Below, one piece after another: positions 12,149 through 25,500 of a stretch of DNA of 64,000 nucleotides; position 1 is the first letter of the stretch; each line of letters starts with the position of its first letter. A program made the translations under genes and the position numbers. The stretch comes from Podarcis filfolensis. Its lineage: Eukaryota. A model generated the notes under the pieces. It had not been told where the DNA came from. It searched no databases and saw only the letters and a program-made list of their open reading frames with translations. The stretch is from the NCBI GenBank assembly GCA_964270895.1, contig OZ185436.1, one strand, 5' to 3'.

Positions 12149-15100
12149 ATAGTCTACACTGGCATTTTAAAATGAGTGGGACAATTAAAATAAATATCCA
12201 CCACTGTGTCCTGGTAGCAGCATAGCAATACCATACTCGGTAGGTAATACATTGGAAAATTCCACTCCCAGGGAAGGAATTAAACAAACCTTTTAGTGTT
12301 CAAGGGGTACAGCTTGGCTAGCAGAGTATATTTTCTAAGAGAAGAAAATATATAGCAATCTGCATAATACGTACAGGTCTCAGAGGTTTGCAGAAGTAGA
12401 AGCAGAGATCGGGGTTTCTGTACCTAAAAGTTAGACACAAACAATCACATTCCCAAGCTCCTCTAAATGGTTACCTCTGGTTCTGTTGCGCTGTGACTCT
12501 TCCCTTACTGAGATCAGCAGAGGCACTTCATTTTCCTTTAGAGGCCCTGATGCATTTTGTCTGAACAGTATAAATGTTTGTCAGTAGTTCATGGTTTGTT
12601 TTATTAATTCTAAGAGGGAACAGCTGAACTCTCACGTCCCAGAGGTGCAACAGCTGTGTGTTATTGCCTAATAACCTTCATCTCAAAATTGGCAGTTTTC
12701 TCAAGAAACGCCTTTCCTTTGGGCACTTATCTTTAGACTCATTAATGCATGAATATGTTTCAGAAACAGTCTTATTGTATTAAGTGTACTAAAACTGACT
12801 AAAATCTAAAACAACCAGCCCATGTGTGGTGCTCTGTCTTTTGACTGTTAGCCTTGCACTTGCCTGTTCATGAATGTGGAGCTAGAACAAAACATGGCAT
12901 GGTTCTAGTTAGGTATGCAGACCAGCTGTAGAAACATGAACAATCCCCCCTAAAGTTAATCAGACTTCCAGCATGCCACAGTCTGACGCAAGCAAAAGTG
13001 ACGGGGTTGCCATACCTAAATGACACTATATGAGGTTGGGCCAAATTGACCCAAAGGTCTTTACATCTGCTGGCTTTTTCTCCCATTGTGGCGTCAGTAG
13101 TTTGGCCATGTTCACTTGGAAATAAGTCCTGTTAACTCAGTGGGACTAAGAAACAGAGGTTTACATCCTGAGTAGCTCTGATGGAAGAGGGTTGGCAGAA
13201 GATGACTTAACCATCCCTCCTATCTTCTGCAGGCCCCTGCAAAACTGCTCATAGAAGGTTCCTCCACCTGATTTTTAATTGTCTCCCCATTTCCATTACC
13301 ACCTCACACGCCACAGACCACTCCATTCAGGAAGACCCTTAAATCCTCAAAAGAGGCTTTTCAGCAGGAGGAATTGATGGAAAATCCCCATCTTATGCCA
13401 ACCTCCTTCTGGCTGTGCTTCTCAGGATCCAATCCAGGCTATAAATCAGTAGGTATTGGCAATATTTAATAGGAACATGACAGGAAAATGTTTGCAGCCA
13501 GCCAAGAAATGAAAATTAGAACTCATTGAGCATCATTTAAATTGCTTAGATTTTTAAACTTCATTTGTCATTAAAAATAACATTTGAGTGGAAGTCATAT
13601 AATGTTTCCCAGAAAGATTATTAATCAGTGAAGAGGAAATATGGCAGCATGCTAATTTCACACAAGAACTTCATAGTTGAACTGAGATTTTAACCATGGG
13701 CTTCAGGTTCAGAGCTTATGAATCTTCAACCTCTATAATATTTCATATGTAGCAGAAATACGTCAAAGATTTTACCGTTCCGTTGGGGATACTGAAATGA
13801 TAGACAAGGGTTTTTTGTTTTTGTTTTTAAGAAGCAAGACACTGTGACACATAAGCGGATCAGTGGTAACCAGCAGAGGCAAAGATGGGGTGTAGAGCTG
13901 TGCTCACATTTCTTGCCCACTGACCACCGAAAGCTGAATCTGAATGAGATAAGCTAAGTCTGATTCTTGCCCTTTCAATGGGGCTTGTCCAGGTGACATT
14001 TGTGACACAATGGGGGTGTATTTACACAACCTCTAAATGTCCTTCAAGGGGGGGGGGGAGGAATAGGTACTGCTTGCATCCACCCACAGAACTCTAGTCT
14101 GCCCTCTTCCCCCTGCTGCTCCTTTCAATTAAGCTTTAATGAGGCCAGGGTTCTAGTGTAAGACGAGCCACCTTTTTTCCCTTTGGCAAAGTAGGCATTC
14201 CTAATAGGAGTTTTGTAAGAGAGCCATTTCAGCGAATTGCTTTCTTTTAGCAAAGGCGCAACTTGTGCTTGAAACTTCAGCAGCTTTTGTATTTTTTTGT
14301 TTGCTTGCTTTTTCTGGTGACAAAGGATGATTGTTTTTACGTCAAAAGGACGGCTGTCTGTCCCTGCACTCTGGAATAACGTTAGTTAATTTTGAGTTCG
14401 ATTAAAGTGAAGTATTTCCCCCCCCCCCCCCGTCTCCTATAAGAACACAAAAAAACCCCTGCTGGATTTGAGTTCCCACAGTAGCCAGTCAGTCAGATGC
14501 CTCTGGGAAGCCCAAAATGGGACTTGAGCACAGTAGCCCTGTCCTGCTGTTTGCCCCCCAGCTGCTGGTATTCAGCTTCTCTTCTTCTTTGGTGATCACT
14601 TGCAGCAGAGTAAGATTGTCTTCCATGAACACGGTCTTAACAGTGAGTCTGTAAGTGACTGTGGAAGCCAGTTCTGGATCCACGTGTGGACATAGGTTTC
14701 TGGGTGGGAGTTGATCATGGTGAGGGTTTGCCAAACGTGCCTTCCTCTTAGCATGCATACTGTGGTATAGTGATCATGATCAGTAGCCACCGATAGCTTT
14801 ATCCTCCAGAAATCTTTTTCCATTTTGTACAAATAGAGGTCTGAAAAGGAGTTACTTTTGCATCATGCCCTGAAGACTGAAAAGCTGAGCTTATTTAGAT
14901 GCAAGATAAAGGATTCTAAAACTGCAATCCTTTTGCACCCTTACGTGAAAGAAAGCTCCATTCAACACAGTGGGACTTAGGTCCAAACAAATACGTATAG
15001 GATTTTGCTGCAAAAGAACTATTGCACCCAACAAATCTATTTATAGTGGGAGGAATTCCACTTTGCATTATGCCAAACATTCCAACAACACAAATATTTC

Positions 15101-15394
15101 AGCTTGCTGGATGGAATGACCCCCCCTCCTCCTGTGTGCTGTACTGCAGGGGGTTATCCTGACCCACCCCCAGCTAATTTTGGGGGGTGCAGGGGAGGAG
15201 AGAAGGGAAATCCCTTTTGTGCAGGGCTTAAGAATTAAGAAGAATTGCTTAAGATTATTCCACATTTTGAACTATTCCCATGTATGCTACTAGCAAATTC
15301 AAGAGCAATGAATTCAACAGGAGAAGCTGTATCACTCTGTTGCAATGAATCCCAAAGAGTCTCAGTATAGTAAGAGAAATTATGGGTGAATTCG

Positions 15395-15470
15395 AGTTAT
15401 AAGCTTTTGTGAACTAGAGCCCACTTGTATTTATTTGCCTTTGAAGTGTCACAAGACTTTGTTGTTGGGG
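15395..15470. mobile_element. Penelope-like element terminal-repeat remnant
   Basis: Minus-strand gtgggctctagttcacaaaagcttata abuts a plus-strand tail ttgaagtgtcacaagactttgttg, and shares motifs with the copy at 15720-15875. Confidence 0.55.
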
Positions 15471-15719
15471 AGGAGGAGCTGTAGTTTTGTGTGTGTTTTG
15501 CTTCATATACTTGGCAGAGCCGAGGTTGCACACATTTAATCCTTGTCCTAGATCCAGCTTTCCAAATTGCATTTCAGTAGTTCTGGTTTGTATGGCTACA
15601 AAGACACCACTATTCCATTCTTGAATAATATATGCACATTATAATTTGCCATATGGTGAGATGCAAGACAGCCTGGAGAAGGAGCACTTTTGGTCCATTT
15701 GACAGGGCAAGGATAGCTG

Positions 15720-15875
15720 TGTTACAAGTCTGTTGCAGCAAAATTCTTGTGGTACTGACAAAGCTTATTATGGCATAAGCTTTCATCTGAAGCATCTGGT
15801 GAAGTGGGCTCTAGTCCATGAAAGCTTATGGCACAATACAATTTGTTAGCCTTCAAGGTGCAACAAGACTTTATG
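15720..15875. mobile_element. Penelope-like element inverted (head-to-head) terminal-repeat remnant
   Basis: tggcataagctttc (15771-15784) is the near reverse complement of gaaagcttatggca (15820-15833). Both arms continue into the tail ...aatttgttag..ttcaaggtgc.acaagact, which I recognise from reptile Penelope-like repeats. Confidence 0.7.
15792..15831 (+). ncRNA. Degenerate minimal type I hammerhead ribozyme motif (probably inactive)
   Basis: Stem I gcat / CTGGTGA (core CUGAUGA with A6>G) / extra A / stem II gtgggc-tcta-gtccat / GAAA / palindromic AGCT stem III / U17 / stem I atg(g). Confidence 0.6.
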
Positions 15876-16818
15876 TTCTTGTTCTCAATGCATCCTCTTT
15901 TTCTGTTTCTTGCAACATGTGTAACCATATGGTACAATTTCTTAATTCTTCACGCCATAAATGGACATACTGATTTGGCCTAAATAACAATACTTATTTC
16001 TTCTTCTTAGCTTTTGCAGAGAGGCCCAGCTGAATTGTATACTGAATTGCATTTGCTAAACTCCATTTGATCTCTGCCTGAAATCCTATGACCCATGGAC
16101 ATTTTCTAGGGAAAGAATCCTCTTCTGAACTATAGATATGACAAATATGATGTCTTGTTGAGATATTAATCTTTTGCTGTATTTTATTGTTTGAATTTTG
16201 TGATTGCCTTTGTTAGTTCTTGTGAGAGCCCTTTGGGACAAAACGTGGCACAGAAATAAACTAACATAACAAGTAGGAAAGCTATGTATCTCCCCGCCCC
16301 CTCGCCAAATTAACTATAAACAGTCACTGTTCTACTCTCCCCCCCCTCTTTTCTGCTCTGGATTTCATGGATTTCATCTTTGAGAAGTGCAGTTGAATTA
16401 TATACAGTCCTGATAGCTGTTAAAAAGAAAATAATTGAAGAGCAGGCCACTCATTATTTACCTTTCTCACTCAATGCATTCCTTCCAAAGCATTTTTCTC
16501 CTTTATGCCAGAGCCTTGTTTAAACTGTGTGTAAATAAAAAGTGAAGCACCAGATTGCAATCCAGCAGCATACTGGGGGCAGGGATGTTGAAAGCAGCTG
16601 CTTCCTAGAAGCCACAGTTTCTTGCTCGCTCTGAGGTTTGTGGCTGTCTCGGAAAAGACCAGAAGCGCCGAATGCATGGCCCTTGTTAAGTCTGCTGCTA
16701 ACTGGGTTGCCATCTTGCTTACATGAATTGAAACATCCCTGTGATTTCTCATTCCCCACCCCAATTTTTCTGTAGCACAATGGTGGTTAATAAACACTAT
16801 TTCGTAGTACAATTCTAT

Positions 16819-17048
16819 CAGGGCTGGCCCTGCCATTAGGCAAAGTGAGGCCTTGGGCAGTGGATGTTGGGGGCATTCTCCTGGCACAGCCCATCCTACC
16901 GCAAATTAGCCCCCAACGCAGGTGTTGTGGAGGTTGCTATCCCATTACTAGGGTGATTCAGCTGTCAGTCCAGTTGGCTTCAATATGTAGAAGGGGGAGG
17001 GCGTTTCATCTTGCCCTTGACCTCAAGCAGCAAAATGCCTTAGGCCTG
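16819..17048. mobile_element. Degenerate non-autonomous DNA transposon (hAT-like MITE)
   Basis: Left end cagggctggccctgccattaggcaaagtgagg and right end cctcaagcagcaaaatgccttaggcc resemble a common lizard MITE; right TIR eroded. Confidence 0.45.
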
Positions 17049-17809
17049 AACTCCATGCATTCTTACTCTGAAGTAATTCTCGCTATGTTCAGAGGTAAAG
17101 GTCCATAGGATTTGCAGCCTTAACATCTCATTTACTTTGTGGTCTTTAACTTTGTCCTTGCAGAATTTTCATGAAGTAGCTATTGCCCACCAAGGAGGAA
17201 CTGACCTAGTGACCTGGCTTTCACAACACTGTGGGCTCCTGAAAAGGAATGTGCAGCTTCTTTTACTCCTCTTTTTTTAAAACAACAACAACTGTGCTGT
17301 GTTAAACAAAGGTTTCGCTTACTGTGTTGCCTATGAGCCCCGAGCTTGCAATTAAGCTCTCTTCTTGCTAATCATGACCTTAAGCATGAGTTCCAGTTCA
17401 GATGACATGCTAAGCAAAATCATGACTTAGTTCAGCACAGTTCATCAGAAAGAAAAACAGACTGGGGAGAAGCAAAAGTGGCCGTGAGCAAACTTCAGGA
17501 GCTCCTACAGTCAACACTGGTTTCCTCAGCCAAAATTCAGGATGTTTTATGGGAGCCAGCTCTTCAAAAAGGAGGCACGTTAACACAAAACCCCCTGAAA
17601 GCCTTATGGCTGTGGCAGCTTCTTCCCAGTATACTTTGAGAAATGTACCCTTGTTAGGGTGCTTGGAGTGGTCTGTTAGTATTAGGAAGACGGCAAGCAG
17701 GAAGCTAATAAATTCCCTGCAGGAATTTGTTGCATTTACACAACATTGTCATTGTTAATCACAGTACCCGAAGCACTCTGTATAAATGGTAAATATTAAC
17801 CCATTTAAC

Positions 17810-17900
17810 TGGTTGGAGACTAAGGGTGAGAGACAGTGACTTCACCAGATCTACTTGGAGAATCCATAACCGCAGTAGAATTTAAACCCATCTCTTTCAG
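17810..17900 (-). mobile_element. Old CORE/MIR-like SINE fragment
   Basis: gagactaagggtgagagacagtgacttcacc...atttaaaccc resembles the antisense MIR core/head; highly diverged. Confidence 0.4.
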
Positions 17901-20900
17901 TTATTCGACATGGTGTTCAATGGCCATTTTGAATGTCAGACAAAACTGCCACCCATGCTGAGCTGCAGTTGCTTTGTTTTAAAGCCTTTCATTTTCCTTT
18001 TCTTTTTTTGTAATTATTTAGCAATTAGTCTTCTGGTGTAACACGGTGACCCTTTGTGCCTATAGGGGATGGGATGGATTTCCTGCCTCCCACAGACAAC
18101 GATTCTACCCCTTACCTTGTTCCTGCGTATGTAGAAAACAACCAGCATGTGAATAGTGTTCAAGTTAGCACACCTTTCCATGACCCCAATACATCTGGGT
18201 GATGGGACAGAGTGAAACATGTTGTTACCCAATATTTTTTATGAGTGCAGTGTGGGGGCAGGGGAGAAAAGATAATTGCATCTAATTTAAAACCAGATAT
18301 TCCGTAGGTGCTCCTGCAAGCTTAGTGACATAAAATGTTACTGCTAATTATTACACTATACTGTTGTTTTGGTATTTGCACATGCAAAAGCACAAGTCTA
18401 TCTGCTCATCTACCTTATAATGTTGTAGTGTTACTATGGCCTTCTGAAAAATATATTTAATATTCTGGGAAATGGAGGCTAGATGGAATTATATTTCTGT
18501 ATAATTTTAGTTAGTTTTTATAATAGAAATGTAATGTAGAACTTGGGTATGATGCTAGCTGGTAAGAGAGAACTGGGGAGGAATCCTATAGTTTTAGTCA
18601 TTCTGCAAGAAAGGAAAAATTGATAAGATAGGTTTATGTAAGGCAACAGGATTGTAGCATCAGCAATTTGAGCTGAGGTCTGTCTTTCATTATGTGTTGT
18701 GCAATACACTGACACATAATTTTTAGATGCTAATACAACTTTCATATTAAGCACTTAATATAATATCTTTGGACATACTTCTGTTGTGGAATACTGAAAA
18801 CTGATACTAGAGCCAGTTTTTAGAAGATTGACAGTTTTTGGAATACTATTTTTTCCTTGATCTTTTGAGTTCAGACTATGGCAGGCTCTTGGGAAAGGCA
18901 CAACATAACAGTGGCTAATGAACTGGGCATCTGTTGTTTTGGAACACTTCTCATATGGAAAACTAGCAACCCACTCCTGTGCGTGCTTACTCAGAAGTCC
19001 CACCACGTTCAGTGGGGCTCACTCCCAAATAAGCCTTCATAGGCTTGCAGGCTAAATGTCAAAGGGATAGTATAGTGTCCAAGCCAAAACCCCACCTTGG
19101 AATAAAATCAGATTAAAATTGGGGGTGGTCAGGAAAATTGTGTGTTTCAAATTTATTCATTGTGGGTCACACCAGCCTCCATTAGTTGATTCTAGTGGTC
19201 CACAGTGCTGCAACATGTTTGCAGAGCATATTAATGAGTATAGTCTAGAAACTGACAGGCAGATTTAAATGTAGTGAGATTAATTGCCTGGCTTGGTGAC
19301 AGCACATTTTTCTTTGGCTATGGCTTGAAGGTGTGACCCAATGCTACCTCCTTTATTTTCATACTTCTGATTCCTTGCACATGGACGATATTTCAAAAAG
19401 CTTTACTGTTGAAGTAAATATAAGGGCAAAGGAACTTGGGTGTCAAATGACTATGATCAATTGCAGCAATCTGAACAGCTTCCAAGGCTTCCATCTATCT
19501 ATCAGGCAGTAGCTTTTATACTATTTTGGGGGGAAGAGGGAATTGTAGCAGACTAAACGTGACTTAGACACTATGCCTTCTCCATCCATCTTTTAACTCT
19601 CACCTACCAGATTCTAAAAACATGGTATTAAAGATGGAGGCCTCTTGACCCAAACTGAAGGCCACTTGATGCTCTCTTTTTTTCAAAAACAAAAACAAAG
19701 CAAAACACCTGACCTTAAAAAGATTCATTAAAAAAAACCCCAGAACCTAAACATAACCAATGGTATGTGATGCTCCCATACCATTGGTTTGGATGTTACA
19801 CAAAATGGCAGTTGAGGGTGCACAGCCCCTTCTTCCATCCATCCTATGTTGTTCCCAAAGCCATTTTAAAATTCTCTGGCGAGCTACTGCAAGCCATAGG
19901 AGGCTGAGATGGAAATTGGCCTGACTCATTGCAAAAGACCTTCTTATAGCTGTACAGGAAATACTTGTCAGCGGTTCTGGTTTAAATGCTGTTTAACTTG
20001 CAGATGAGAGAAGCAAAACCTTCAGTTAAATTAAAGAGCTACCTCCCAAGAGAACTTGAATCGTAGTACATATCGCTGAAGAAAAATGAAGCACAGGCTA
20101 GAAAGCTGTATACTATAAACTCTCCTGTGTTAACTGTATCGCTGATAGTTATAATGTACCGTTACAATATCATTTTGTGACTGACTAGCTTTGACGGCCA
20201 GTGAAAGTACGTAATCTAAAACAAATATCAGCCGATAGTCGCATAAAAGTGGAATGTCATAATCACTATTGCTAGCTACACTTTACTTGTTCGTTTGGGG
20301 TAGCTTGTGAGGTGGAAGTGAGAGAGCTGGGAAGAGAAGTGGTGAAACAATAGGAACCAACAAATGCTAAGGACAAGCAGTTTTTTATTCAAATTATTTA
20401 TAGAAAAGTATTACTTGCTTAAGTGAGTGGCAGATGAGCCAGCCTCTGTGCTTTGCGTTTCTAATATTCTGTTCCTCAGAAGTTAGAGCTATTCTCTACT
20501 GCAGTGTCAATTTTGTTTGATAGACTCCAAAAGCTTTGTAGAGCAGGGGGTGATAGCTTTTTTGAATTCGTGCACACATCTGATAATTTGTGGGAGAAAG
20601 CAGCACAAAACCTCTTGTAGGCACCACCACAAAATGGCTGCTGTGGGATCATGGTTAATAATGAAGGACAAGTAACTTGCCCAGGTAACGGGGTACAAAG
20701 CAGAGCTGGCGGACGAGCCCCTGAATTCATTATTTTGATAAGTCTGGTGCAGAAAGGAACCCCCTGGTGCTCATGAACGCGGTGTTGTCTTAGACTTGCA
20801 TCTCACCCCCACATTCTTTTTCTCTGATATGGGCAATGGGTGGGGAGGGATTGTTACCGTCCCTTATCAAGAATTACGTCACAGACTGATGGAACTTGTA

Positions 20901-22489
20901 GTCTAAAACATCTAGAGGGCCCCAGGTTGGGAGAGGCTGGTTTAAGGTTTAAATTAATTATAATTCATGGTTAAAAACAGAAATTATTCTTTTTAAATTT
21001 AAAACAGAAATTATCAAATCTCATTGCAGCTGCACCAGAGGAGCAGAAGGAAAGGAGAAATATACAAGGTTAAGTCTTGCTTTTGTTTTTTCATGTAGCA
21101 GTAAACTGTGGTATAGCATTATGCCTGAAACAGCCCTATGTAAGCCCTTGAGAATGGACACTGCCAAGACTGTATCTTAGACATCTGAAAATACTCATTT
21201 TATTATAAATAATCTGCATTACTTGAGGTGGGTGGGGAGCAGAAATGAATATCATGGAATATTTTATCTCTACCATTGCCTCTAATTTAGTGAGGATTTT
21301 TATCACTCATTGTTGAAAGAAGGCTTGCCTCATTATGAATTTTTGTTAGCAAACATGAGGGGCCTTTGAGACTAGCTCAATGAATCGGCTTTTCATTCTT
21401 TTTTGTGGTTTGTCTTGTGACACTATCATGGCTAAAGGATGCTCAGTTAACCAGGATGACATGGCCTTGCGGTTATTTTCCCTTTCAAGGTAACAGTTCT
21501 ATTGTGTGCAGCTTTTTAATGATGTGGCTGAACTCTGGCTTTGTAGAAGCGCTCGCATTTCAGAGAATGTAGTCATTTTATTTTTAGAGAAACTGCCCTG
21601 CTCAAAGATCCATTGCACTAAGGATATGTCATGGGATAGATGATTAAGTTGCTCTTCGGGGTGGGGGTGGGGATCAAGTCACAAGCTAAAGTCATGAAAT
21701 TTTCTCTGGAAACAACACAGTTTACTGTTTCAGCTATTCTAAAGTAGCTGTGAGATGAATCTACAAGAAGGAAATGGGCTCCTTTGTCTTTCCATGCCAG
21801 ATTGATAATGATTTAGTAACAATATTAGTCCTAATTACATGTTTTTCAAGTGACAGTAACGAGTTGTTGTAGGATGGGAATAGCAGAAAGATTGTGTGTA
21901 ATAGGAATTTTGGTGCAGTTTCTGTGAACTTTATGCTGTTTGTAAAGTTTCATTTCCTACCCCCGCCCCCCACTTTGTTCCTTGGCCTAGATTGTATGGA
22001 ATTCACTTTCTCTGGGAATGTAGTTCATACTCATTTGGTAATGAAACTCTGCTTTTTCTTCTAGGGATCCTTCCTTCCAGACAGCTGGCTATGAGAAAAA
22101 TATAGTGGCTTGTCTGATTAAAGACATCCCTTGCCCCCTCAAAACAACTAAACCATACATTTCACGTACTGTAATACTGTATAGATCAGGGTTCAAAATG
22201 CAAAAACAAAACTGTTCCCTGTTTGCTATATTGGACAGTTGAAGTCTTTCTCTTTTAGAAGCAGCAGCAGCACACACAGAGGAAATGCTTGCATTTGAAT
22301 CTGTGGCTGTTCTAACACTGCCTAGTCTATTTCCTATTCAGAAGTCCTTTTGAAGTGTTTTAGAGCTTTTTGGATAGGGAGGAGGTCGGTCAAAAATTCA
22401 GCCACCACCCAGCTCTCACAATGGATTCACATCATTTGAACAATAGGATCTCAAAATAAAATGGTTACTTATAGGATGCATTCATTGAA

Positions 22490-22492
<3 letters not shown>

Positions 22493-22520
<28 letters not shown>

Positions 22521-22540
22521 CCCCTCTTCCCCCCCCCCCC
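22493..22540. repeat. (TC)n microsatellite followed by a poly-C tract
   Basis: Direct reading. Confidence 0.9.
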
Positions 22541-25500
22541 GTGTCAGTAACATCCATACAGTTGAGTGTACATAAAATAATGACAGGTTCTATCCCTTGT
22601 TTCCCAGATAAGAATTAAGTAAGTAAAACATATTTGTTGTTGTTCTGCATTTTTAATGACATTTTTAAATTTGGATGATTTAAGGAACTATTATTCCATC
22701 TTAGAAAAAGTTTCAGCTAAGTTTGTGTGTTCATTCTCTCTGAATATTTAGAGCATACAAGCTCCACACTTGGAAGTCTGTCTTCATAGCTATGGGCTGA
22801 AAACTGGCCTTTTAAAAGTGTGAAAGCTGAAGCTTTTGTAATGCATCCAATATCAAGATCTCTTCCTTTTCTTTGCGTCTTCGCAACTGGGACATGTACA
22901 CCTACTGATGTATTGTGACTAGACAGGGCTGAAGTGCAGCGTCTAAAACATCTCCCTGAACACAATAGGAGAAGGAATAAACATTTTTTTTGCAATAATG
23001 TATCATTCCCTTTAGGCCCATCTTAAATGCCTTGAACACCATCTTTTCAACAACCCAATTCGTTCCCCTTTATCTTTAGTCCTCCATTGTTTTGATGTCT
23101 GCTAGATTCCAGCAACCCAGAGTTGGGACAAATTCTGATTCGTCATCAGGTATCTTGGGTTTCATCCTATAAAAGGGCTGTGCTTTCAGAGGCAAGGGAT
23201 GTGCTGCTCCAAGCTGTGAGCTACTAACTTATTTTGCTCTGAATAATCATAGCATAGCATTTCCTGTGTCTGGAATTTTGCTACATTGCCCTTTTCCACA
23301 GTTGCATCTTTGTTGTGGGATAAGAATGAACAATTAGGAGCAGCTTTGTAACACATTTTAAGTAGTGCTTATCTACACATATACTGTTTGCCCTAACACT
23401 GTCTCCAATGTTAAGAGGGTTTTTGTTTGTTTTTGTTTTACCTTTCTGTGTTTCTGATACTAAATCATTAAGGGCTTATCTTCACAGGTTTGCGTTTCTG
23501 AGTTTAAACTAGAGCAGTTGCTTGCTACCAAAAGTGGGAGCCTTCAGTTCTCAATTCTTCTTGTTTAGATTGGCCAGAAACTCTCACCTGCACTTCAAAG
23601 GTTCATGCAGGTGCATCGTGCATGGGACAAAATACTAATGTGGTGATGTTTGTGTCACAGGGAAGAGGGGACCATTGCAGGAGATACTGTTGACAACACT
23701 GTTTTTCAGAATAGCTCTGTAATGATAACCTTACTCATTATAACTTCTCACTCTGACTTTATTAAAACCTTCACAGCATATTCACAAAGGGACTATGGGT
23801 TTCCTCTTGAAACACAATTTTTAAATGCCCAGGTGAGGACAAAGTTGAATGAAAAAGCATTAAGCAATAATTGATTTGTGAGAGCAAGCTCTGAGACTTG
23901 TTGCTATGGCTCTCTGGCGTACTTGTCTCATGTCCTTTAGAGATTTTAGTACAATTGCTCCTGCTTTCCATCTGTGCAAATGAAACCAGGTGGCCTGCCT
24001 CAGGGCTTTAAGTGGCCATTAGCTGATTAGGATTTAGGTTATGGCTCTGTTGGCTTAGGGAAAGTATTACTGTGGCCTTGGACAAAGCTATAACTTTAAA
24101 AAAAAACATGTTTTGATTTTTAATTGTGTTTTAAGATTGTTTAATCTGGTGCCTCTATTCTTGTGGACTCACTGTGGTGAAAGAAAAAAATATTTTCTAC
24201 ATTCAATATAGTTGGGTTCTCCCCCATCCCCATTTCTTTGGAGGTACTAAGTCCTCCTACATCTTGAAAGAGGTTGGATGTAGTGTCCCTGTTTAAAATG
24301 ACTTTTGGGGAGAGTCTGTGGATGGTTTTCTTCTTGGCTTAAGTCTCACATAATGTCATATTTGAATTTGGGAAGTTTTCTCCTAGATTAAAAATCTGTT
24401 TGTCTCAGATAGTGGTACTGAAAACCACCACCACCACATTTTCCTGTAGTGTGTGGTTCTTTTATTGTCTGGTACTATCTGTTCTGTGGGCATTTTGAGC
24501 GGTTCTCCTCTCTGCTGCCCTCTGCTTGTGAGATGTTATAGTCTGCATTATGTAGGTCAATTCAAGATGAGTTGTTAGGTAGCAGGACTGCCTTGATGTA
24601 AGTCACTGGGCTAGGTTATCTTCTGGCCTTTTCAGCCATATGAGTCATTGAAGCCAAATAGTCTTTCGTTCTTCCAGTGCACGTTTTAGGAGAAGTGTGT
24701 CCTGTATAAACATGTCTTTTAATTTCAGCATTTTCTCCAGTTTGGATCATTGCCATTACCCTCCAGAGACACCAAATAATTTAAGCCGCCGGAGTGTTCA
24801 AGAGATGAACACTGTGTGGTTGTAATGCTGATATGTGTGGCTGAGAAGAAAGACACAGAATATATAATGCTTTGTACAAGATGATGCAAACTGTAGTGTG
24901 TTTGTGTGTGTCTTGGGGAATCTTTGTTGGTTTAAGTATTGTTCACAATAAGAGTTTTGTTCTAAAATGGAATTTTAAAGGCTTCAGTGAGGTTAGTACA
25001 ATGTACATTAAAGAAAAGGGTTTGTGTGTCCTTCCATTTACAAAGCCAAACAATACCAGAAATAACTGGTGTTGGGGTTTTTTATTTAAAAAAATGCATG
25101 TTGAAAAGAATACCAAGCCCATGATTTAAGGATGTATTATAGTTTTTTTTTTTAAATCAACTGAAATCCCCATGAGATTGGCAGCTAAGAGCTTTTCTAA
25201 AACTAGCAGTGAGGGATACACTGTGGGCCCCAATTCCATTCCAGTCAGGTTTCTCCAAATCCTCATGTGTCTGGATTAAATCACTAAATTTAATTAAAAG
25301 ATACATAAATAAGTGTGATTTAAACTGTGTGAGGGGCTGAAGTATCAGTGGGGAATGATTTGGATTGTTTGCAAACTAGTCTTTTGAAAAAAGCTAAAAA
25401 TATAATCACTGCAACAGATGTGTTGCTGGTTACCAATACAGCTGCCCCTGCCACCACTTTCTCAAACCTCAGGATGGTGAGATTATGTGAGCTGAGACAT

